NCBI GenBank assembly: GCA_003194425.1
Contig: PQXB01000001.1
Location: 700,444 to 732,443, forward strand
Direction of reading: 5' to 3'
Source: Candidatus Methanophagaceae archaeon
Lineage (GTDB): Archaea > Halobacteriota > Syntropharchaeia > Alkanophagales > Methanospirareceae
Length of the DNA stretch: 32,000 nt
The first letter of the stretch is position 1. Each line of letters begins with the position of its first letter. Below, piece by piece: positions 25,845 through 32,000 of the stretch. The notes under the pieces were generated by a model. That model was given only the letters and a program-made list of their open reading frames with translations. It searched no databases and was not told the DNA's origin. Made by a program: the position numbers and the translations under genes.

Positions 25845-27864
25845 ATCCTCCTACGTTCCTTGTATGTCGCACGAGATAAATAGCGTCGCCCATAAAGTCC
25901 ACCACGCCGTCGCCGTTTACATCAGCAATGTTGTCTCGAATGTTTTCGTAACCGGGAACGTTCCTCGTGTGCCTTACTAAATAAATAGCGTCGCCCATAA
26001 AGTCCACCACGCCGTCGCCGTCGTAAGGCTTGACATCCCCGTTCTTCTGCACTCTCAGATTTATGTTATTTGTCCGAGAGTTTCCGTAAGTGTCGGTTAC
26101 TGTCATCACTAAAACGTAGTTTGCTGGTGCCGTTCCTGCGGAGGCGTTCGTCTCGACCGACCAGAGATTACCACCGATGTTCGTCATTGCTTGCGTTGCC
26201 GACCCGCCAATTTGGGAGAGGTCAATTCTAACGCTTGCAACTCCGCTGACATCTGTTACCGTTGCTGTTAGATTCGTCGTCTCACCCCAGAGAGGGTTGT
26301 CGTCCGTGTCGTTTGGAATTACATTCGGCGTTGCTTGTTCGTCTGTTACCGTGGGTGGCGTTGTGTCGATTTCTACATTTATCTCTGAAACTCCTGTTCG
26401 CCCGTGCTTGTCGGTCATTTTCGCAAAAATCATGTAGCACTCGGTAAGTCCTGCGGTGTTCCAGTCAGCGCTCCAGCCGTCGGCGCCGTTCGTGTCGTTT
26501 CCAATCTCGACCAGCGTGCTACCGTCGTCTTGCACGCAGTTGCAGTTCGCATCGTAGTAGTGCTCGAAGCGGGTGTAAGCGATGTCTGCGCCTGCGTCAA
26601 AGCCTGTGTCTGCTCCCGTAACAATTGTCACGACACCGCCAATTATGCTTCCGTCAGCGGGGTTCGTTATGCTTGTCACGGGGTCGTGGTTAGAGAGAGC
26701 CACTTGGATTTCGTCGGTTCCAGTCCTGCCGTGCTTGTCGCCCATCGTTGCTCGAATTAGGTAGCAGCAGTCGTTGAGTAGTGCGGTGTTCCAGTCAGCA
26801 CTCCAGCCGTCGGCGCCGTTCGTGTCGTTTCCGATTTCGGTCCAGCTGCTGCCGGCGTCGTCAGCGAGTCCGTTGCAATTTTCGTCGTAGTAGTACTCAA
26901 ACAGGTTGTAGACGATGTCCACACCGTTGTCAAATCCTGTGTCTGTCTCTTCGATGGTTTCTGTCCCAGTTAGTTTGGTGCCGTCAGCGGGGTGCGTTAT
27001 GTTTGGCTCGGGGTCGTGGTTAGAGAGCACTACACGAATTGTGCCTGCTCCAGTTCTGCCGTGCTTGTCGCCCATCGTTGCTCGAATTAGGTAGCAGCAG
27101 TCGTTGAGTAGTGCGGTGTTCCAGTTAACGCTCCAGCCGTCGGCGCCGTTCGTGTCGTTTCCGATTTCGGTCCAGCTGCTGCCGGCGTCGTCTTCAAGCC
27201 CGTTGCAATTTTCGTCGTAGTAGTACTCAAACAAGTTGTAGGCAATGTCTCCTTCGCCACTGTCGTCTACTTCTTCAATTGTTACGGTACCGCTAATCTT
27301 CGCTCCGTCTGCTGGACTCGTTATTCTTGGTCTTGGCGCACCGTTTATTCTGAATGTCCCGTTCCTCAAAGAAACTACAGGAATGTCCGTCATCGTCGGA
27401 TCCTGCAACTTCACGTCTGTCAGTTCCAGCGGACTTGTGTCGCCGGCAACACCCTTCGCCTGCAAAGTGACATCACAGATTTTTACATCTCCGTTCAAGC
27501 CTGTAGAGAATTGCATTGCATTTATTACTACCCAGCCCGGTCCTGTCTCCGTCGGTGGGTTCTGCGGCGGAAGGTCAAAATCGCTGCTCGTGTCTGTAGC
27601 GGTGACTGTGACCACGGTCTCGTCGAAAGTCAAGTTGACCTCTACACTGCCCGCGTTCGTTACATCTTTTATCATCAGCGGGACGACTGCGGTTCCTCCT
27701 GGTTCTGTAAGCCCGTCGCCGATTTCAATTGTCGTCGCTGCTGCCACTGTCGCTAGAAATGCGAAAGTTACCAGAGAGAGTGCTAACGCTAAGATTACTA
27801 AACTTTTTCCTGCTCGTGCTTCCTTTTCTTTTTCCTTATCCTCTCGTGCTTTTTGTCGGTTCAT
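25828..27864 (-). CDS. Secreted modular protein: cohesin, 3 tandem Ig-like repeats, beta-sandwich domain, C-terminal dockerin
   Basis: Signal peptide. Cohesin at about aa 44-172. Three repeats of about 110 aa (IT.PADG...YNLFEYYYDENCNGL.DDAGSSWTEIGNDTNGADGWS..WNTALLNDCCYLIRATMGDKHGRTG). A domain shared with the 406-aa protein. C-terminal duplicated Ca-loop/helix segments YDGDGVVDFMGDAIYLVRHTRN and DVNGDGVVDFMGDAIYLVRHTRN (dockerin-like). Confidence 0.7.
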   Translation of the reverse strand: MNRQKAREDKEKEKEARAGKSLVILALALSLVTFAFLATVAAATTIEIGDGLTEPGGTAVVPLMIKDVTNAGSVEVNLTFDETVVTVTATDTSSDFDLPPQNPPTETGPGWVVINAMQFSTGLNGDVKICDVTLQAKGVAGDTSPLELTDVKLQDPTMTDIPVVSLRNGTFRINGAPRPRITSPADGAKISGTVTIEEVDDSGEGDIAYNLFEYYYDENCNGLEDDAGSSWTEIGNDTNGADGWSVNWNTALLNDCCYLIRATMGDKHGRTGAGTIRVVLSNHDPEPNITHPADGTKLTGTETIEETDTGFDNGVDIVYNLFEYYYDENCNGLADDAGSSWTEIGNDTNGADGWSADWNTALLNDCCYLIRATMGDKHGRTGTDEIQVALSNHDPVTSITNPADGSIIGGVVTIVTGADTGFDAGADIAYTRFEHYYDANCNCVQDDGSTLVEIGNDTNGADGWSADWNTAGLTECYMIFAKMTDKHGRTGVSEINVEIDTTPPTVTDEQATPNVIPNDTDDNPLWGETTNLTATVTDVSGVASVRIDLSQIGGSATQAMTNIGGNLWSVETNASAGTAPANYVLVMTVTDTYGNSRTNNINLRVQKNGDVKPYDGDGVVDFMGDAIYLVRHTRNVPGYENIRDNIADVNGDGVVDFMGDAIYLVRHTRNVGGYEILK
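26365..27324 (-). repeat. Three tandem coding repeats of about 330 bp (Ig-like domains)
   Basis: gtgcttgtcg... landmarks at 26404, 26731 and 27061 give periods of 327 and 330 nt. The two upstream copies are nearly identical at the DNA level and the third is diverged. Confidence 0.85.
27358..27749 (-). repeat. Cohesin-coding repeat, copy C
   Basis: See copy A. It begins at cccgttcct and ends just past gatttcaattgtcgtcgctgc. Confidence 0.85.
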
Positions 27865-27943
27865 TTTTCATTCACCTCCTAATCTTTTTCTTAATGAAGT
27901 TTGTAAGGCTTCATTAGCGTAACAAAATTTGTTTTTGTTTTTA

Positions 27944-29164
27944 TTATTTAAGTGTTTCATATCCTGGTACCCACCTCGTGTGTCTTACTAAATAAACAGA
28001 GTCGCCCATAAAGTTTACTTTGCCATCACCGTTTACATCAGCAATGTTGTCTCGAATGTTTTCGTATCCGGGAATATTCCTCGTGTGTCGCAGTAAATAA
28101 ATAGTGTCGCCCATAAAGTCCACCACGCCGTCGCCGTCGTAAGGCTGAACGTCGCCGTTCTTCTGCACACGCAGGCTTATTTTTTCGGTTGTGTTTGAGT
28201 TTCCGTAAGTGTCGGTTGCGTTAACAGGTAAAAGGTAAGTTCCCGGCGTTGTTCCTGCGGACGCGTTTGCGGGGACCGACCAGAGATTGCCGCCTGCGTT
28301 CGCCATCGGCTGAACCGGCGAGCCTCCGATTTGCGAGAGGTCAACAGTAACCGAAGCGAGGTTGTCACAGTCTACAGAGACACTCAGCGTTGAAGCCTCA
28401 CCCCACAGCGGGTTGTTGTCAGTGTCGTCGGGAATGACATTTGGAGTAGCGGTTGGGTTTGTGACGGCGGGTTTTATTCTGAGAGTGTTAGAAGGGAAGG
28501 CGGGGGAAGAACTGTCGACGGTTGCAAGAAAGATGTAGTTGCCACACGAGGGGTTCTTCACATATTTTCCGAAGGTGCTCGAAATGTTCCGCATTTTCAT
28601 CGGCAGCGAGAGATTTAAGCACCCGTTTACCGTCTTTGTTGGTAAAGTTAATCTCACGTACGAAGTGCCACCTGCAAAGGGAGAGTCGGCTCTTGTCGTT
28701 CCGCCTGCGCTGTAGTCCACATCTACGGTTGCTTCCGCTGTGTCTCCACCGATGTCAGCAAAAACATCTAACTTGTTCGCGGGGTCAGAGGCGTTTGCGG
28801 TGAATTTAATGTAGCCGTAGTTCGGCTTAGTCTCGTTCTGGAGGTCAACCCGGGCTACTAACTCGCTGGCACCGGGCGTTTGCACGCCGAACCCCGCGAG
28901 CAGGGTTGCGTTAAACCACTTGAACTCGGCGGTCGTGTTCAAGACTACTTTGTACGCTACTGTTTCGCCTGCCAGACCACTGTCGGGCGTTATCGTGAAA
29001 GAGGAAATCGCAGCAGTAGCAGGAGGAACGAGCAGCGCAAGGGTAACAAGAGCGACGACCAGCAGCGAGCTCAGCGTTGCCCCCGCTGTTACTCTCGTCA
29101 GTTTTTTAATGTAATTTCCCTTCGCTCCTGCAGCTCCTGCCTTCTTTTTCATTTTCCACCTCAT
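27944..29164 (-). CDS. Secreted dockerin-bearing protein (no cohesin), many N-glycosylation sequons
   Basis: Signal peptide ...LVTLALLVPPATA. Beta-rich N-terminal part. A domain homologous to aa ~505-605 of the 678-aa protein (TPNVIPDDTDNNPLWGE...LSQIGGSPVQPMANAGGNLWSV...TDTYGNSNT). C-terminal dockerin-like pair YDGDGVVDFMGDTIYLLRHTRN and DVNGDGKVNFMGDSVYLVRHTRW. Confidence 0.7.
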   Translation of the reverse strand: MRWKMKKKAGAAGAKGNYIKKLTRVTAGATLSSLLVVALVTLALLVPPATAAISSFTITPDSGLAGETVAYKVVLNTTAEFKWFNATLLAGFGVQTPGASELVARVDLQNETKPNYGYIKFTANASDPANKLDVFADIGGDTAEATVDVDYSAGGTTRADSPFAGGTSYVRLTLPTKTVNGCLNLSLPMKMRNISSTFGKYVKNPSCGNYIFLATVDSSSPAFPSNTLRIKPAVTNPTATPNVIPDDTDNNPLWGEASTLSVSVDCDNLASVTVDLSQIGGSPVQPMANAGGNLWSVPANASAGTTPGTYLLPVNATDTYGNSNTTEKISLRVQKNGDVQPYDGDGVVDFMGDTIYLLRHTRNIPGYENIRDNIADVNGDGKVNFMGDSVYLVRHTRWVPGYETLK

Positions 29165-29215
29165 TACCCTCTCCCCTTTTCTTCTGCCGCTTCCCTTTTT
29201 TTCATCAGCATCATT

Positions 29216-29467
29216 TTATATTATCTCCAACACTTTAAAGAAAACAATACTTAAAAAAGCGAACAGCAGCGGATTGATTGCAACATTAATCGCTCTTCCG
29301 AGCAGTAATGCCTTTTCATTTTCACTTGCGCTGAGTAGTTCCTTCGCGATGAGAAGCGTAATTAAAATAACCACACCAAAGACTCCAAATACCGCCACTT
29401 GGCTTACCGACGCAGCCGTTGTCGTAGTCGTTGTTGTAGTCGTTGTTGTAGTTATTGTAGTTAGCAT
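29216..29467 (-). CDS. Small two-TM membrane protein with N-terminal poly-threonine tract
   Basis: 83 aa: MLTTITTTTTTTTTTTTAASVSQ... followed by two hydrophobic segments. It is the first ORF of the same-strand cohesin/dockerin locus, with TATA-like boxes upstream. No family recognised. Confidence 0.45.
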   Translation of the reverse strand: MLTTITTTTTTTTTTTTAASVSQVAVFGVFGVVILITLLIAKELLSASENEKALLLGRAINVAINPLLFAFLSIVFFKVLEII

Positions 29468-29504
29468 CTTCTTTTCCTTTTTTAAAAACGTAATATAAAA
29501 GGAA

Positions 29505-29541
29505 GTATATAAACTTTTCGATAGAGGGTATATAAACTTTT
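29505..29541 (-). promoter_or_regulatory. Duplicated BRE/TATA-like element (aaaagtttatata x2 on the minus strand) upstream of the locus
   Basis: + strand gtatataaactttt occurs at 29505-29518 and 29528-29541. On the minus strand this reads AAAAGTTTATATAC, matching an archaeal purine-rich BRE plus TTTATATA box. The proximal copy is about 40 nt upstream of ATG 29467. Confidence 0.4.
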
Positions 29542-29581
29542 TGGTTTTGTTCTGATTTCTTTCAAAAATGCCCCTTTTTTC

Positions 29582-30487
29582 TTACACATATCCCCTTAAA
29601 TCCTCCCTCTCCTGCCCCCTCTTTCTCGCTCCCTCTCCTCCTTCCCCTTCTCCTCCTTCCCCTTCTCCTCCTTCCCCTTCTTCTCCTTCCCCTTCCCTCT
29701 CTTCTCCTTTCCCCATTCCTTCGATCAGCTCTCGCTCCGCCGTTCCCCGCTCTTCCAACTCCGAAGTGTCAATTTCAATTCCCAATATTTCGCCGACCTT
29801 CCCCGCCAACTCCTTCGCAGCTCTGAAATCAGGGTACTCGGGGTTCGCCAAATTCGGCGTCGTGCTTGCGAACAGACAGACGCCGCCAATTCCCTTCTCT
29901 CGCGCTAACGCGACCACAAGCCCCGGAAAGCCTAAAAATCTGTCCACGTTCGTCCTCTTAATCTCGTACTTGTACATTTCCTCCAACAACTCCAAATCGG
30001 TCGCGCAGTCCGTAATTCCCTCCTCAACTACCTGCGCACCCAGCGAAATCACCCGCTTCACCCCCAACTCCTTGAAGAAGTCCGCTACCTTGTCGGCGAC
30101 TGCGTACTGGTTAAGGGCGTTGTAAGACTGGTAGCCTCGTGTAATTAAAATGTCGTTCTCGCCCGAGCCCGCCGATTCAAGAGCGTAAAATTCCACGCTT
30201 GGCAGCCGAGCCAGACCGCCGCGCTCTAACTTCGCACCCACACCGCAGGGCGCGCCAAGGTAAGAGGGACCGTAGTAAGCAGCCGGGAAACCGTAAGAGA
30301 AAAGTTCAGCGAAGAGTCGTGGTTTGGGCTGCGTCTTCGCCACTAACTCGTCTACTACAATTCGCCCGACAGACCGCAGTCCCGACGAGCCGACTACCGC
30401 CACCGGCTCCTTTAACTTCTCCCTGCCCTCCTCCGCCCCTCTCTTCTCGTCCTGATAATTTATCCACACTCTTCTCGTCGTTCGCAT
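29582..30487 (-). CDS. PAC2-family (proteasome assembly chaperone-like / COG1938) protein
   Basis: VAVVGSSGLRSVGRIVVDELV... and ...DILITRGYQSYNALNQYAVADKVADFFKELGVKRVISLGA resemble archaeal PAC2 family members (by eye). The C-terminal GEGEEGEGGEGEGGEGEGGEG tail is encoded by a 15-bp repeat at about 29631-29695. Confidence 0.5.
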   Translation of the reverse strand: MRTTRRVWINYQDEKRGAEEGREKLKEPVAVVGSSGLRSVGRIVVDELVAKTQPKPRLFAELFSYGFPAAYYGPSYLGAPCGVGAKLERGGLARLPSVEFYALESAGSGENDILITRGYQSYNALNQYAVADKVADFFKELGVKRVISLGAQVVEEGITDCATDLELLEEMYKYEIKRTNVDRFLGFPGLVVALAREKGIGGVCLFASTTPNLANPEYPDFRAAKELAGKVGEILGIEIDTSELEERGTAERELIEGMGKGEEREGEGEEGEGGEGEGGEGEGGEGARKRGQEREDLRGYV

Positions 30488-30545
30488 TTTCTTAAATCTT
30501 AAATTAAATTTTTTTCTTTTTCCCTTTTTCTTTTCTCGCTTAAAA

Positions 30546-31847
30546 ATGAGTGAAGAAATGTTGAGGTTGTCGCGGCTGTGTTACCAGTGCGGCGAGTGCA
30601 CGGCAGCCTGTCCGCTGCGGAGGGTTTCAAGGTTCTCGCCCCGCCGCATTTTGTACGACCTTGCTGCTGCAAATGCAGATGTTTTAAAGACCGACGAGGA
30701 CGACGAGAAAGACCTGTGGAACTGTCTGGTCTGCGAGAACTGCTACATAGTTTGTCCGCAGGAAGTTGATTTTCCGGCTCTCGTGCTAAAATTGAGGAGC
30801 GAGGAGGGAGGTGCTGCTGCAGGTGCTGCTGCAAGTGCTGCTGTAAGTGCTGCTGCAAGTGCTGTTGCGAGGAAGGAGAGTTTAGCGCACCGCGAGTTCT
30901 CGGAAATCGCCAGTTTTATGACCTGCTTTGAGAAGGGCGTGCCGACGGATTTCGGGGTCGGTGGAGAGACGGACGAGGAGAGCGAGTACGGGTACTTCCC
31001 AGGCTGTCTGGATTATTATGACCTGTTCTTTGATCTCGGCGTGAACTACCACGAAATCGGAGACTGCACGGTGCGGCTGCTGAACGCGGTTGGGATAAAG
31101 CCGCGAATTCTGAGTCTGAAGTGCTGCGGGCACGACGCGCTCTTTCAGGGCAACCGCAAAGTCTTTGAGAAACTCGCTGCCTACAACACCCGAAAAATAA
31201 AGGAGTCGGGCATAAAAAAACTCGTTGTGAGCTGTGCCGAGGGTTTCCTGACTTTTAAAAAATATTACGAACTCGCGGCGAGTGGGGGTGCGGAAGGGGC
31301 GGAAGGGGCAGAGGGAGTGGAGGAGGTAGAGAGGGTGAGGGAGGTAGAGAGGGTGGAGGTCTTACACATCTCGGAATTGCTGAGCGAGCGTGGAGAGAAG
31401 CTGAATTTTAAGGCGGGCAAGGAGGGCAGTCGCACCGTAACGGTAGCCTACCACGACCCGTGTGCGTTTAAGCGGTTTGGGTTGTACGAGGCGCCGAGAG
31501 AGGCGTTAAAGAAGGCGGGTGCGGGGGTGAAACTTGTAGAACTGACGCACGCCAAGGAAAACGCGGTCTGTTGCGGCGTTAGCGGAATGATGAACTGCAA
31601 CGACCGGAGCAAAGCACTGCGGGCGTTTAGGCTGGACGAGGCGAGGGCGAAGAAGGTGGACGTGCTGGTGACTACCTGCCCAAAGTGTCTCTCGCATTTT
31701 AGTTGTCTGAAGCGGGAAACCGAGAGGGAGAGGGGGGGCAGGGAGAGGGGGGGGGAGAAGGAGCGAGAGGAGGGGAGAGTGGGCGGTGGCGAGTACGATT
31801 TTGAGGTGCTTGACCTCTCGGTGTTTTTGGGGCGGTTGTTGAAATGA
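30546..31847 (+). CDS. HdrD-like Fe-S protein (HdrC-like 2x[4Fe-4S] domain fused to two HdrB-like CCG domains)
   Basis: CYQCGECTAACP and CLVCENCYIVCP are ferredoxin-type motifs. The CCG motifs are ...YFPGC...LKCCGHD... and ...YHDPC...AVCCGVSG...TTCPKC. Interrupted by an Ala-rich repeat (12-bp unit, 30811-30870), a (GAEG)/(VEEVERV) repeat (31286-31360) and a C-terminal R/E/G tract. Confidence 0.7.
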   Translation: MSEEMLRLSRLCYQCGECTAACPLRRVSRFSPRRILYDLAAANADVLKTDEDDEKDLWNCLVCENCYIVCPQEVDFPALVLKLRSEEGGAAAGAAASAAVSAAASAVARKESLAHREFSEIASFMTCFEKGVPTDFGVGGETDEESEYGYFPGCLDYYDLFFDLGVNYHEIGDCTVRLLNAVGIKPRILSLKCCGHDALFQGNRKVFEKLAAYNTRKIKESGIKKLVVSCAEGFLTFKKYYELAASGGAEGAEGAEGVEEVERVREVERVEVLHISELLSERGEKLNFKAGKEGSRTVTVAYHDPCAFKRFGLYEAPREALKKAGAGVKLVELTHAKENAVCCGVSGMMNCNDRSKALRAFRLDEARAKKVDVLVTTCPKCLSHFSCLKRETERERGGRERGGEKEREEGRVGGGEYDFEVLDLSVFLGRLLK

Positions 31848-32000
31848 AAAATCACACTCTTAAACAAAAAACCTCAGTTTCGTCCGAAGGCGAGACAAGA
31901 ATTGACCTCCTCTCTTTCTCGCTCCTGTACTCCACCAAAACCCCTTTCCCCTCAGCACCAGCCTCTGCACCCGCGTCCGAATACCTCGCAGTCAGCCGTG

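Noticed and set aside
23232-27922. Long plus-strand ORFs antisense to the cohesin genes (23232..24137, 25360..25980, 27245..27922, 24134..24853)
   Set aside because: They repeat only because the sense cohesin DNA repeats. The sense strand gives signal peptides, coherent domains and anchors. The antisense frames give featureless S/T/P/V-rich sequence without starts in sensible contexts.
21774-29467. Multiheme cytochromes c within the surface locus
   Set aside because: I scanned every Cys context in the seven locus proteins and none has CxxCH (or CxxxCH). The link to cytochromes rests only on adjacency to ccmCDE and remains an inference.
31853-32000. Minus-strand open frame running into the right window edge (49 codons, ends TGA at 31853-31855)
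   Set aside because: It may be the 3' end of a gene starting beyond the window. The fragment (..VLVEYRSEKERRSILVSPSDETEVFCLRV) has no recognisable motif and is too short to support a call.

Overview
Archaeal chromosomal segment. Evidence for archaeal origin: a ribosomal protein L40e gene, a PAC2-type chaperone, PGF/PEF C-terminal sorting signals, archaeal-type ValRS and IleRS, and an intein-containing NrdD. All calls come from reading the sequence and ORF translations by eye; no searches were run. Housekeeping content: a ChlI/ChlD-type chelatase fusion with a BtuC/FepC-type ABC importer pair; nrdD interrupted by a LAGLIDADG intein; two tandem U32-like paralogs plus a small ORF; an NDP-sugar nucleotidyltransferase; rpl40e (missed by the ORF track); valS; tRNA-Arg(UCG); a decayed radical-SAM gene in an A/T-rich islet; ileS; a PAC2-like gene; and an HdrD-like CCG-domain Fe-S protein. 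The accessory part is a same-strand, tightly packed locus (about 20.4-29.5 kb). It encodes four secreted cohesin-domain proteins (three carry near-identical cohesin DNA), two dockerin-bearing proteins (one has both cohesin and dockerin), and a PGF-CTERM protein. It runs directly into ccmC-ccmD-ccmE, whose CcmE has the CxxxY heme-binding variant. This looks like a cell-surface cohesin/dockerin scaffolding system linked to cytochrome c maturation and is the main candidate for a poorly described system. A second window-wide feature is the abundance of short tandem repeats. Most are purine-rich on the coding strand. They sit in frame inside conserved genes and also in intergenic leaders.
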